A DNA stretch of 64,000 nucleotides from Eledone cirrhosa (GCA_964016885.1 OZ024755.1:7812001-7876000), one strand, 5' to 3'; shown: positions 1-16,233, numbered from the stretch's first letter. Numbers and translations are program-made. Notes: generated by a model not told the origin, from the letters alone.

Positions 1-67
1 CCGCCGAGGTTAACTTTGCCTTTCATCCTTACGGGGTCGATAAAATAAAACACCAGTGATGCACTGG
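1..67 (+). mobile_element. tRNA-derived SINE family A, 3' part (cut by window edge)
   Basis: GCCGAGGTTAACTTTGCCTTTCATCCTTACGGGGTCGATAAAATAAA matches the body of the full copies at 32498, 50826 and 52720. Confidence 0.85.
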
Positions 68-478
68 AAAGTTGTTTGGAACATAAAGGTTCTAACAAAA
101 TTATGAGGTACGGATTTTAGATAAATATAAACAGTTTTAACCAGTTTTGTATCGTAGAATTAAGGACAGTTATCACGAGGATGTATTCGTTAAAAAATAA
201 TAAGATTTGACTTCTGTAGCACACCTACAGATTATCAGCTATATACACATGTCTTGTAGCAAAGTTTGGAAGCCTCACTATTATCCGATGAAAGACCTAT
301 GTTCGAAACTTTCCATTTCTCTGAGACTGAATTTGATAATAAGAACATTCTTCGTATTAATTCTTCGTTTTGTTATTTTCATGATATTGATTTCATGTGT
401 ATACTATGTCTGTCTGTTTATCTGACTCTCTGTCTATTTGTCTGTCTGTATGTATGTGTGTGTGTGAGTGTGTTGTGG

Positions 479-1021
<543 letters not shown>

Positions 1022-1718
1022 TTATTGTCCGAAGACTTGCGAGATAAAAAAATTATAATAACTAAAAGCAAAGTGTTATTTTAGAAAAGTACTGTTGATA
1101 GTTTTTGAAAAGGTGTTTTAGGACAAATAAAAATCACTATAAAAAACACGTTATAGTTTGCTTTTTACATTTTTGACATCTATGGCATTGAAGTAAGTGA
1201 AAATTGCTGAATTTATTCCCCAAGAGAAACCATATTCTATTGAATATGTGGATGCAGTAACTAATGGTATTTTGAATTGTATCTTTCAGTCTCACATTGA
1301 CAGATTGATATAACTATCTATGGGATATTATGGCAGATTTACTAAATCTTGCAAATTTTCCTCTATATTTTTTTTTGTCTACGACTTATAGATTTTTTGC
1401 TTTATTTAATTTCGTTTTATTTCCATAAAGAATTTTTTTTTCGTGTTCGTGTTTATGTTTGTGTAAATGTTTGATTCTAGCCATTTTTAACTGATGTAAT
1501 TTTTTTTTTTATTATTATTATCATTATTATTGTTATTATTATTATTATTATTTTTATTATTGTTGTTGCTGTTGCTGTTGTTGTTGTTGTTGTTGTCGTC
1601 ATTGTCGTATACTTATATTTTTCCATTGTTTTTTTCTTCTTCTTTGTTCATAAGTATTGTTGTTGTCTAACTTTTTTCAAAAGAACGGTCTCTCTCTCTC
1701 TCTCTCCTCCTCTCACTG

Positions 1719-1837
<119 letters not shown>

Positions 1838-2366
1838 CATAATACCTATATGTATAGGTGCGCATACACACACAGACACACAAATTCACACACACTCATA
1901 TATGTGTATATTTACACAAACACATATACACATACACATATACATATATATATATATTTACACACATACACATATATATATATGTGTGTATGTATATATA
2001 TATATATATTTGTATACAGTCATATAAGTATAGGTATATATCAATCATGTCATCTATGTTTTATTCTCACAATGTTAGTGCTGTCATTCTAAATGTGTTT
2101 CTCCAATCGTGTCTTTCATACATTTCACAAATACACACAAATACACTTGGAACACAACACACACAACACACAGATTCTCCCCCCCCCCTCTCTCTCCCTC
2201 TCTCTTCGTACCTAAGATGTAAATATTTTGTATAGCTTATGTATATATTTGTGTTTTGCTTATGATTCCATGGTATGTCTAGTTATCTTTTCTGGAGTTA
2301 ATGTGTAATATTTAGAGCCGATGCAACACGATTTCTTTCTCTCAATATATATATATATATACATAC

Positions 2367-2461
<95 letters not shown>

Positions 2462-2754
2462 TGTGTGTGTACGTATATATATATATATATACACCTACAA
2501 ACATACATACACACACAAATCTATGTATCTATAAATGTACGCATGCACGTGTTTAGATATAACCTCATACACACATATGTATACGTACATTGAAATTATG
2601 TTTTTGTCACACTTATTATTGTCGTCGCTGAAGTAATTACTTTATTCCTTCCGTACACGAAACAAGTTCATTTATCTAAACGAGGTCTTGCTAAATTATA
2701 TTTGAGACAGCTATTACAATTTTTGTTCTCAGTTTCATGCCTTATACTTACCTC

Positions 2755-3300
2755 ACATGCAGACATACATTACTCAGCCTCATCTTCATCTGCAGACACA
2801 TGCACACATATACATTGCACATTCTGATCTTCATCTACACACACATGCACACATATACATTGCACATTCTGATCTTCATCTACACACATGCACACATATA
2901 CATTGCACATTCTGATCTTCATCTACACACACATGTACACATATACATTGCACATTATGATCTTCATCTGCAGACACATGCACACATACACTGCAAACTC
3001 TGGTCTATATTTGTACACACATGCACACATACATACTTCATACTCTGATATACATATGCATACACATACTGTACACTCTGATCTACATCTGCACACACAT
3101 GCACACATAGACTCTACATTCTGATCTCCATCTGCACACACATTCGCACACACACACATGCACACATACACTGTATACTTCGATATACATCTGCACACAC
3201 ATGCACACATAGACAATACACTCCGATCTATACATGCACACATACACAACACACTCCGATCTACACCTGCACCCACCTGCACACATACACAGCACAATGT
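2755..3300. repeat. Minisatellite, unit about 42-44 bp, decaying towards the 3' end
   Basis: Recurrent CACACATGCACACATATACATTGCACATTCTGATCTTCATCT. Confidence 0.9.
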
Positions 3301-4534
3301 CATCCTCTCAGGCTCTCACATACTTATACACTGCACACTCTGCGCTACTTCAGCACCCACTTGCTACCACAGTTCTCTCTATATGTACCACACAATCCCG
3401 CGCATGCGGACTCATTGCATATTTTGTGCGCTACACCATCACTAACATGCACACACTGCATACTCTGTGAACTACACCAGCTCCAGAATGTACACCACTG
3501 ATGGAGTCGTAGGAATATCGTAGTCTTGTGCATACAAACTTAGCAGAGTCCTTCACTCACCTCGTCTGAACAGTAATTTACTTCCAAGGAAAGTATGGGA
3601 GTAAGAGATGACTTGGCAAGTAGATATAGAGGAAGATACTGATAGATATAGAGGAAGATACGTCTTCAGTAACGGACTGATAGTTTATCGTCCTCGAAAG
3701 GATAAAAAGAATAATGTACCTCGATGGTATTTGAACACAGAACGCAGAAGGCCGGATCATATACCACAACGAAACAGGACTTTGCTTGTTAAACTATGTT
3801 ACTTAGTGTTAAATTTATTTAACTGTTAAGTAACTATTGCTAGACATTGCACTATCAAACGACAGATGCAGTAATAATTCTAAATTTAAAATTCGATTAC
3901 AATTACTTCCAAATATAAATAAAATGTATGATATGTTACCGAAAATGCACGAAAAGTGCTCTGTTTGAATACAGCAGGAACGTTAAATCATTTTGGATTA
4001 GCGAAAGCCATTATAAGACATTTCTGACAATAGCCATGGTTGATGCCAGATTTAGTACTACAAACAATGAAAATAACTCATTATAGTCAGCTTGTAAACG
4101 CATGAGCAGTATGAAGAGATTCAGAACTTTTCGACAGGCTTTGCGTAGCATGATAAAGAATGTAGCTAAAAAGAGTGAGGTCAAGTTTAACGCGACTGTA
4201 GAAGTATATATCACAGTTTTTGACCTTTCATGATCCTAACTGAATCAACCAGTAAACGCAACTAGCGACTATCCATTCAATGTGTTCGATCTAGCGTATT
4301 GTGAAAGGCGAAGACTACGACTGCTATGAATTGTAGGATTGAAGGAGGAGATTTACAAAATAAATCTATAGTTGACATAAACTAACGAACTGGATAACGG
4401 CCTGCGTTGAACGCCTGTTATTTTCAATTAGTGCCAATAGTGGCCATAGAATGGGCAACCCGGTAATATGTAAAGAAAAATGGTTGGCTAAACCGAGAAA
4501 GCCAAATAAAATATGAACATACAAGGAGAAAAGA

Positions 4535-4880
4535 ATGATAAACGTCAATGGCGTATTATGTAAAAGGTTATATAGAGCAAGTGTAAGAGGGGTTAAGCAT
4601 CGAATAAAAGAGTTCAAGAAAGAGCAAGAAAAGTGAAAATAGGAAGGGAGAAGGGGTGATATATTTAAAATATGAGAATGTAGTTGCATGATATGAAAAC
4701 ATTAGAATGTTATGGAAAAGGAGAAAAGAGGCAAATAATAAATGTGACTGACTGTAGCTGATGAATGAAATGAGTGAGATTTATGATAGTTTATAAGATG
4801 GGTGATTTGTAATCAGTCGTCAACACACTAGAAAATTACTGAACAGGAAAAAGAATTTTACTTTAACAAACTGTTGTGTC
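4535..4880 (+). mobile_element. Possible highly decayed LINE (RTE-like) apurinic endonuclease relic
   Basis: Frame-broken fragments resemble NVxxxKG, QEVKWKGEG, MLWKG and EQEKEFY in the expected order. Confidence 0.3.
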
Positions 4881-5287
4881 CAACATGGAACTAGTGAAAT
4901 ATTCAATAGAGGTGTTGTCTATTGTTACAGCAGTCAGAAGTAAATAGTTGAAGGATGATGGGATGAGGGTGCCAATAGAGGAAGGCCGCTGTCTAAATTA
5001 ATCTTCTTTGCTAAACCCATTCGCTTGGCTCGAAAGAAAATAAGAGGAAGGACAAAAGCAAATACAAAATAATAAAAGAAATTACAAGACAAAAAATGGT
5101 TGTCAGATAGAAATGTCAAACCATGATGAGTAATTTTAAATATATTCCGTGTAGATATAACATTTGCTTTCTAGATAAACACACAAACACACACACACAC
5201 ACATAAACTCACACACATACATGGTTTTACGTACACACACACACACACACACATATTTATATATATATATAAATCTATGTATGTATA

Positions 5288-5339
<52 letters not shown>

Positions 5340-5423
5340 TATATATATGCATGTGACTGGGTGTATATAGACATAAAGATAGGTATTCGTGTGCGTCTAT
5401 ATGCATGAGTAGGATTGTATATA

Positions 5424-5523
<100 letters not shown>

Positions 5524-5526
5524 AGT

Positions 5527-5557
<31 letters not shown>

Positions 5558-5744
5558 CTGTTTCGGGTGGTTCACTATAATAATCAGCAAATATGTAATG
5601 TCTTAAGATCAGGAGAAAATAATAAGATTTCTAAACTTCCCGATCAATATTCAATGCTAAGACTCTAGAACTGTACGCAATGGCTTAATAGTGCCAGTAC
5701 ATGATTGACAGCTCATTCCTGAGTATGGTAAGTAAATGGACCTT

Positions 5745-6280
5745 CGTTACCTTCGACGATGAGTGTTCCAGTTGTTCGATCAATGGGAGAACTTACTTAT
5801 TAAATTAACATCTAAGTATTAAACAGACACACGTGTTTCTTTAATATAATTGTCATGGCTAACCGACATTACACATTGCGGTATGGTTGACCTTTTCATT
5901 AGAGGTACAATTCAGCGTATTTCCAACGAGCTTCCTTCTGCCTAATTTTATTCATAAGGTTTGGTTAGACCCTAGCCTATATCAAAAGACACCCAAGATA
6001 TTAAGGCGTAGAAACAAACCCGAAATCTCTTGTTTGTGGACTGAAATACCTAACCACTTGACCATCAAGTATCCTCATGCTATACGATTACCTTTTGAGG
6101 TGGGGTAAACGATTAAATTAACTTCAGTATTTGACTTTACTTTGTTATCTACTACAAAAAATGAAAGATAAATTTTACAACGGTGAGGTTTGAACTCTGA
6201 ACGTAAATGAGCAGAAGAAATACCAAGAGATATTTTGTTAGACGCTCTTCTGATTCAGATTCAGGCAGTCCACTACCCAA
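5745..6280 (-). mobile_element. Cluster of old SINE relics (family B tail, CORE-like head, family A-like copy)
   Basis: 5745-5920 aligns with 37455-37640 and 56690-56850; 6130-6280 contains reverse B-box TTTGAACTC and a diverged family A body. Confidence 0.55.
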
Positions 6281-7083
6281 TAAAATATGTAATATAAACT
6301 ATTGAATGTTCTTTGCTACAGTATCTTTAGGTGGATTCTTAGACATTTGTAGACATACTTGCTTGAAAATATGACAATGAAATAACAACCATAGCTTGTA
6401 CTTCTCTTTGTCTGTCTGTGTTTGCGTGTGTCTGGGTGCGCATGGGTGTATCTGTGTGTATGTAACTGTGCATGTGTGTCTGTGTGTGTTTGTAGCTGTG
6501 TATGCCTGTGTATGCCTATGTGCGTGTGTTTATAAAATAGTTAGTTAAATCAATGAGTATATCCAGGTTTTTGACAATTGATTTAATGATTTTCTTCTAA
6601 CATCCTAGAGAAGCCACCGACATATGAAATTGTCATTAGAACAATATATAATCACAGTAAAATATGTTGTAATTAAAATAAAGTAATTAAAATGTTGAAT
6701 TCTATGTTTTATATGACAGTCTCTGTCTATAATTTCTTTGTATTTCATTGTATTTTTTTACTAATTTCTACTCAGAATAAAAATAATTTATTATAACAAA
6801 CACATTTGTTATTTCGCTTTTAGAAACATGATTCTGCGATGGTGTTGGTGACGAAGGTAGAGATGCTACTGTTGTTGGTACGTACAGAAACTCAGAAACT
6901 CTCTAGATTAATGATCCCAGGATTTTTCCACAGCACAGACTGAAGGTTTTAATGAGAGACCCGGGTCCATGGTAAAAGACAATTGTCTAAGATGCTAAGC
7001 TATGGGATAGAAACCTTGGGTACATAATACAAATTCTAAAGTTTTACAGTCTTGCCAGTACTTTCATCAAGAGGCGTAGACAT

Positions 7084-7192
<109 letters not shown>

Positions 7193-7342
7193 GTATGTTT
7201 GTGTACGAGTGACTATGTGTGTGTACTTAGGTATATGCATAGTTTTATATTCATATATGTATATAAATATATATATATATATATGTGTGCGTGTGTGTGA
7301 GTGTACACATGCAAACTCATACACACACCCAGAAACATATAA

Positions 7343-7828
<486 letters not shown>

Positions 7829-7949
7829 ATTATGAAGACTGACAAGTGATAAAGTCACACAAATCTACAATTACTCAAAGTTCAACACATTTCACTTCCC
7901 CTTATACACACCATCCCTCCTATCTTTATTAATTTACTTTACAGATATG

Positions 7950-8069
<120 letters not shown>

Positions 8070-8144
8070 TAGATATATATATAGATATATAAGGGTTTTC
8101 GCTCAATATCTATACATATATATATATATGTATTATAATCTTTG

Positions 8145-8236
<92 letters not shown>

Positions 8237-8436
8237 ATATGTATATGACAAGTGTTTATTTAAGTCACACAAAACTACAATTAGTGAAAGTTCAATACAT
8301 CAACACTTTAACTTCCATCTACAAATATTTCTATTCCTAACTATATTACTTTTACCAATATTACTCTATAAACGTAATTATTCTATATACGTAAATATGG
8401 ATTAAATTGTCAATGTAATATTTACATACAGCCTTA

Positions 8437-8469
8437 CTTACATACGTCTGTTTATACATACATATAGAT

Positions 8470-8537
<68 letters not shown>

Positions 8538-8691
8538 CTGTGTGTGTGTGTGTGTATGTGTGTGTATGTGTGTGTATGCGTGAATATAGAGATGTATGCG
8601 TATGTATGTGTATGTATATATGTATGCATGTATATACATATGCACATCTATGTGTACTTACATACGTCTGTTTATACATACATATAGATAT

Positions 8692-8752
<61 letters not shown>

Positions 8753-8865
8753 AATGTATGTGTGTGTGTGTGTATGTGTGTTGGTGTGTGTGAATATAGA
8801 GATTTATGCGTATGTATGTGTATGTATATATGTATGTATGTATACATATGCACATCTATGTGTAT
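8437..8865. repeat. Tandem duplication of a roughly 210-220-bp compound-microsatellite unit
   Basis: Anchors CTTACATACGTCTGTTTATACATACATATAGATA, TGAATATAGAGAT and ACATATGCACATCTATGTGTA each occur twice in the same order. Confidence 0.9.
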
Positions 8866-9290
8866 ATATATATATGTGTGTGTGTATACACACACATAAT
8901 GTGTGTGTATAACGTCAGTAAATTGAGAAAGAATAGAGAGGAGGTAGGGATAATAGGAAAACAACGGACAACCAATTTGTTGAGCCAAAGACACATGGAC
9001 GGTAGAAAAGAGGCTGTGACTTCGAAGTTTTGGCATGATTAGTCAACTGGCAGGCAGATGAAGCACTGCTTTTCCTCTCAGAACCCTAATTAAGACTCTA
9101 TCCTCATGTTTTAAATGTACCTTGAGTTAATATTGTTAATGGCTTAAATATTATTGTATTATAAACAAAACTTCGAAGACACAACTACTTTTCTAACTTT
9201 ATGTATAAATTAATTCATTGCAAATTGCTTTGTCTCAACAAACTTTTCCATTATTTTCCTACATCTCTTTCTTTCTCAATTTTCTGACGG

Positions 9291-9354
<64 letters not shown>

Positions 9355-9355
<1 letters not shown>

Positions 9356-9566
9356 AGTTATTCCGGGTTCAATCGGGGATAACCACAGTAAGTAAGGTAC
9401 TCAACACATAGCAGAGTATAAATGTTTAATATAGAAAAGCTTCTACAGGACTAGAACTGTTTCATTCGTGAGAAATTATCAGGAGCTTCCTGATGATTTC
9501 TCACGAATAAAACAGTTCTAGTCCTGTAGAAGCTTTGCTATATTAAACATTTATACTCTGCTATGT
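9355..9566. mobile_element. PLE/retrozyme-like terminus with inverted duplication; hammerhead family 1
   Basis: 79-bp arms 9406-9484 and 9488-9566 with 3 mismatches; directly follows a (TA)n tract; each arm carries a hammerhead-like core. Confidence 0.75.
9484..9534 (+). ncRNA. Type I hammerhead-like motif (G12A variant)
   Basis: Stem I AGCTTC/GAAGCT, core CTGATGA, stem II TTC/GAA, AAAAC in place of GAAAC, stem III ACAG/CTGT, cleavage triplet GUA. Confidence 0.65.
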
Positions 9567-10170
9567 ATATATCAAGAGAGAGATGAAGAAGAGAGAGGGG
9601 GTGAAGAAAGAGATGGGGGCTACTAAACAGTTGTCAGAAAACCTATTTCAGAATATTCAGAATATTCCACCCCCTAAATACTTTTTTGTTTTACATTTAT
9701 GTTCCATGAATTTTTAATGTAATATAAATTTTCCAACGTTTTTAACATAACGTAGTGTTCGCGTGACAGACGGACAAAAAAAATCTAATACAATCATTAT
9801 TATCAACATTTATCTACTTTATATAGTTATATATATTTTTTCTACAGCAATATTTCCCTCAAAAATGTTTGTTTGCTATTTAGTTGGCAGATTGGCAAGT
9901 CGTAATAATCATAATAATAAAATTTATTTGTTTTGCGCCAGTATGGCGGGCCTTTGACCCGATCACGACATCTTGTGCTACACCGTGTTTCTTTAAGTCC
10001 ATTCGTTGAAGTTCGATGCAAAAATATATTTAGGTATCGATTAAGATGTCCGGAATAATAGAACAAAATAGAACATTAAATAATTGGTTTTCCTGCAAGC
10101 AAATCATTAATACGACCAAACATCTTTATATATATTTATATATATGTAGATATATATATATGTACATATA

Positions 10171-10211
<41 letters not shown>

Positions 10212-10257
10212 AATATGTACATATATATATGTATATATATATATATATGTACATATA

Positions 10258-10305
<48 letters not shown>

Positions 10306-10309
10306 TATA

Positions 10310-10347
<38 letters not shown>

Positions 10348-10363
10348 TATATATATGTATATA

Positions 10364-10429
<66 letters not shown>

Positions 10430-10485
10430 CATATATATATATACATATGTATATATATATATATATATACTGTATATATGTATAC

Positions 10486-10526
<41 letters not shown>

Positions 10527-10587
10527 TATATATATAATATACATACATACATATATATATGTATGTATATATATATATGGATATATG

Positions 10588-10644
<57 letters not shown>

Positions 10645-10688
10645 ATATACATATATATATACATATGTATATATATATGATATATATA

Positions 10689-10763
<75 letters not shown>

Positions 10764-11042
10764 CTAAAATATAAAAGGAGAAAAATCCAAAATCACCATC
10801 AACGGTGGAAACGAAAGTCGTTGACGACCAACATCATTAAAAGCAATAACAGTAACTCCATTAAAAAACATTAACAGCAACAACTACAAAAAATGTATAG
10901 ACCTAACAGCCACCACATTAATATCGACTATAAATTCCCCGACAACCACCAGCAATCACTACCAAACATCAATCAACCATACACACACCCGTACTAATGT
11001 ATAGATATTATATGTAGAATATATGTATATAGGTATGTATAT

Positions 11043-11082
<40 letters not shown>

Positions 11083-11164
11083 TGTGTGTGTGTGTGTGTG
11101 AGCGTTTGTGTGTATGTGCGAGTGTGTTTGTGAGTGTATGAATGTGTACATATGCACGTATATA

Positions 11165-11198
<34 letters not shown>

Positions 11199-11854
11199 CC
11201 ATAGCTGCACACCGCATATCCACCATCTACAACAACGCTATGACACTATCCACCATCAAGTTCTGTAAAGTGACTTCCATTCAAGTTTATCATCATCATC
11301 ATCATTATCATCATCATCACCATCATCATCAGTAGCAGCAGCAACAGCAACAAATAACAACCACAATAAGAAAAATATTAACAAAACTTAAATACATTGT
11401 AAGTTTCTGTTTCACTCACGTAAGATGTTGATTAGAATGAGACTCCAGTAGAAATGGCAGCTCAGTGGGTTGGAACACAAAACCAAGTGGTTGCAAATCA
11501 AACTACTTACCCAAACAGCTATGCCTGTAACAGTAACACAAAGTCTTAACATCTCCCCCAATAGTAAAACATATGTAAACATCGAGTTGACTTGAGAAGA
11601 ATTGAGGAAATTATGTATGAAATTTGAAATTTGTCGTCCCAAAACAATTATCTTTAATAATATTCCATTGCTATAAATAATAGTTGAAAAACCCGGGTGA
11701 AATACTCCAGAAGATGGATAAAAATGGACAGAAGTGCCTGTGGTGAATCGAACATCCTCGTAGATGCCTCTGTTCACATATATTCTGTATCCAGGGGTAC
11801 TTTACACAATTTTGTCCATTATTATTCATAATCATAAGGACGACTATATTTGAA

Positions 11855-11917
<63 letters not shown>

Positions 11918-13104
11918 GTTTCATGAAATGCTATTCTTAACCAATTTCTGTCTCTCAGTATTTCAGTAAGATAATGAGTGATAATTAATTAGTGCAGTCG
12001 TAAAATCACTAATAGTATCTAGAGAAAAATATTTCTATTATTAAAATTAATAACAATATTTTAGCTAAACATAATACATTTTCTAGCAAGATTAGACTTC
12101 AACGTTATAAATTGGTTTAATGGACTGAGATGATTCATTAAGTTCTTGTGAAAGCCACTTAACTCCACGAGTCATTCATCCCAGTTAGTTTTAACCTCGT
12201 TGGTGCTTAATAACAGCTATCATGTAAGAGATAGATGTGTTGTTTGGAGGTAAATATTACTGCAAGACATTTAATTGGCACAATAGTTAGAAGGGCGGAT
12301 ATAATGCTTTGGTGTGTTCGTTTCAGGTCTCTGAGTTCGAATCCCAGCAATCTCTGTCTGGGGAGATTTTGCATCAGATATGTTAGCGAAATAAAGTTTG
12401 ATTTGAGGGAAATTAGGCTGCTATTTCTAACAAGTCTAGTAATCATGTAAATGTTCCTTCGTTGACTCAAGTCTTCTTTCATCGAAGGATAGTTTTGGTA
12501 TCACGTGCCAGGAGCTGGTAGTTCCAATATGTTATCACAGAGCCACAAATATATAAGGAGTGTTAGAAAGTGAAGTACTGGAGAGTTTTCAAGAAATAAA
12601 AGGACGATAAAAACAATAAGGAAAGCAAGAAAGCATAAGATAAGACACTTAGAAATGCAGAAAAGTGTTTAACCACAGGGTAAAAAACTGAATAAAATCT
12701 AACGTTTAAATATATATTGTTAGTGGCATTGTTTGTGGGGAGTGAGTTGCAACGCGTGCAGAAAAGGGTTTAGAAATGCGCATGAAGCATTTGCTGTCAT
12801 ACACGTGTACACGTTTAATCATGTATCTTATAAACGCATGTCTGCTTTCAGCCAGCTTATATTGCGCCGGTGATCAGAACAAAAGGCTTGTATACTGAGT
12901 GCTTCATTAGGATAAGCCACAAGCTGGTTGGGAAAGTAAAGTTTATTATACTCTGCGGCGTGTGTGACGATTGTGTGAAGGTAGTGTGACACTAAGATGA
13001 TGACGAGACAGGACAAGTGACAAGTAATCACGTGGCAATACCACAGCATTTCACTTCTCACATGCACGCGAATACACACACACACACCACAAACACACAC
13101 ACAC

Positions 13105-13149
<45 letters not shown>

Positions 13150-13230
13150 CAACAACGCATACACGGCATCCAAAAGACTAGAGGAAGGAAGTTCTGTATG
13201 GATATTTTGTAAATGAGTGATTGTATATAT

Positions 13231-13285
<55 letters not shown>

Positions 13286-13288
<3 letters not shown>

Positions 13289-13346
13289 TATACATGTATA
13301 TATATATGTATATATGCGTATATATGTATATATATATATATACGTA

Positions 13347-13417
<71 letters not shown>

Positions 13418-13420
13418 TTA

Positions 13421-13454
<34 letters not shown>

Positions 13455-13486
13455 CGTACATATGTATATAGATACGTCTGTGAGTG

Positions 13487-13520
<34 letters not shown>

Positions 13521-13612
13521 CTTATATATATATATATATGTTATACATGTATATATATATGTATGTATGCGTATATATGTATATATATATATATATATAT
13601 TTACATATATAC

Positions 13613-13660
<48 letters not shown>

Positions 13661-13663
13661 TTA

Positions 13664-13748
<85 letters not shown>

Positions 13749-13787
13749 GTACATATGGATATAGATACGTATGTGAGTGTATGTATA
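13286..13787. repeat. Higher-order duplication within a (TA)n-rich tract
   Basis: GTTATACATGTATAT...GCGTATATATG and TACGTACATATG.ATATAGATACGT.TGTGAGTGT each occur twice, about 250-290 bp apart. Confidence 0.8.
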
Positions 13788-13818
<31 letters not shown>

Positions 13819-14033
13819 GGAAACAGGGAGAAAAAGATGATTATTAGGAAGAAAAATATTTTTTTTTCCTTTTTATTTTTCTCTCTTTTTTTCTGGGTTA
13901 GAAAATAATTAAAACGAAATGTTTTACTTTGTGTGAAGTGTTAAGGTATTAGTTGACTTATTTATTAATTAACAATGGCATTTATTTATTTATTAATATA
14001 TTTAATAATTGTCTATTACCGGTTATATATAAT

Positions 14034-14195
14034 TGTTTCTACTTTTGGCACAAGGCCAGCAATTAACCAGTGCATTACTGGTACTTTATTCTATCGACCT
14101 CGTAAGTTAACCTCGGCGCTATTTGAACTCAGAATGACAAGGGGCGTATGTCTATGCGTCAAAGCATGGTGTCCGACCCTCTACCGATACTGCCA
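14034..14195 (-). mobile_element. SINE family A, near full length with internal deletion
   Basis: Reverse complement gives A-box-like TGGCAGTATCGGTA, B-box GAGTTCAAAT and tail GGCCTTGTGCCAAAAGTAGAAAC. Confidence 0.9.
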
Positions 14196-14293
14196 TGTAT
14201 GTTTATACATATATGTATGTATATATAAGTGTGTGTGTGTGTGAGTGTATGTGTATATTTATATATACATAAATGTATACATGTATGTGCGCG

Positions 14294-14328
<35 letters not shown>

Positions 14329-14621
14329 TTATACATGTATGTGATGTATATGTTTTATGTACGTGTGTATACAATGCTTGTAAGTCACTGTGACTGCAAT
14401 AGAAAATATCACGAAGGAAAAACATAATTTTATTCTTTTACTAACGTCGGTGATTGGACTACGGCCATAATAGGTCGTCTGCTTGAAGGACTGAATAGTA
14501 CATACATATCTTTTCAAGTCTATTACCTACTTTATAGATATCCGATTGTCAAACCGCTAGGTTGCTGGACATAAACACAGGAACACACCTATACTTACAC
14601 ACGCAGACACACACACGCATG

Positions 14622-14698
<77 letters not shown>

Positions 14699-14701
<3 letters not shown>

Positions 14702-14905
14702 GCAGGCTTTCCCAAAGAAATTACAGCCATATTGGAAGCTATATCTAATAAGGACTTTCTTGGTTGTTCTAATGATAGGGGTCACAGTTCTATCAAGAAA
14801 AGCACCATGAAATACAAGATACCCCTGTTCCAGGAATCGAACCTAGGGTTGACAGGAAAGGACTGTAAATTTTTCCGGTGTCTTTGTCGTGTGCGCTCCC
14901 CTGCT
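14699..14905 (-). mobile_element. Probable tRNA-derived SINE of another family, inserted between TA runs
   Basis: CCAGGAATCGAACCT is a reverse Pol III B-box; TA repeats on both sides. Confidence 0.45.
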
Positions 14906-15273
14906 ATATATATATAAACACTATACACACATGCAAACGCATGCGCAGAGAAGACAAAAAAAAATAAAATAAAAAATAAACAGACTAAACGAAGATGGCG
15001 TAGGCATACAATACAACAGGAGGAAACATAATAACACCACTGACGATGTTGCAGATGTGCAACGAAAGAACTTTGTTAGACTATGTATATGTGTTTGTGT
15101 CTATATTGTATCTGTATTTTTGACCGTTGGTCAGTCAATGGTAACATTGAAGACCGAATAAATTAAATTAACCGATATAAAAGACACAGAAGCGAAAACC
15201 AACCAAACAGTGAGTGTGTTCTGTTATAAATTCTGGCAATATTATTACACAAATATGACCCTCCCCCAAGTAT

Positions 15274-15329
<56 letters not shown>

Positions 15330-15333
15330 ATAC

Positions 15334-15487
<154 letters not shown>

Positions 15488-16011
15488 AGTTTATAAGTAA
15501 CAACTTAGTTGGCGCGCCAACCGTACGTACATATCCATCGCATTAAACTTCGATCATTTTTGGTCTCTGATGTCCCATTAAAAGCTTCTGTTATTCTCAA
15601 TGGTCAGAAAAGGAGGTGAGGAGAAGGAAGTAGATGAAAGGATGGTGAGATGCATGAGAAAGTTGGGTAGTTTAGACAGAATGTGAGATCATAGAAAGGG
15701 TGGGAATGGGGCGAAGGGCAGGGAAATAAGTTTCTTGAAAAGTGCAGCATTTAATCCATCTGCTATTGTCCTAGTGAGCAAGCACGCGTCTTTTCACTCT
15801 CTCTCTCTCTCTCTCACTCTCTCTATCTATCTATGTATCTATCTATCTATCTCTCCCTTTCTCTCACTACCTCTGTCTGCCCTTCTCTCCCTCTTATTCT
15901 CTCTCCCTTTCTGTCTCGCTCTCTCTCCTCTTTTCTCTCACAGCTTCTTTCTTTCCTTCTCTCCCTCTTACCCACTTTTCCTGTCTGTATCTTTCTCTTT
16001 CTCTCCCCCCA

Positions 16012-16067
<56 letters not shown>

Positions 16068-16159
16068 CATATACATTTTCATTGATATATAATATATATA
16101 CAATATATATTCGTATGTATAATATTTATGTATAATATTTATTATATATATATGTGTGT

Positions 16160-16233
<74 letters not shown>

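Noticed and set aside
1157-1192. 36-nt microexon FAFYIFDIYGIE ending at GTAAGT
   Set aside because: The acceptor lacks a polypyrimidine tract, no partner exons were found, and chance occurrence is likely
9406-9566. Pre-miRNA interpretation of the long hairpins (also 33072-33141 and 18094-18139)
   Set aside because: The stems are near-perfect, two of them derive from dispersed repeats, and I recognised no conserved miRNA sequence; small-RNA data would be needed
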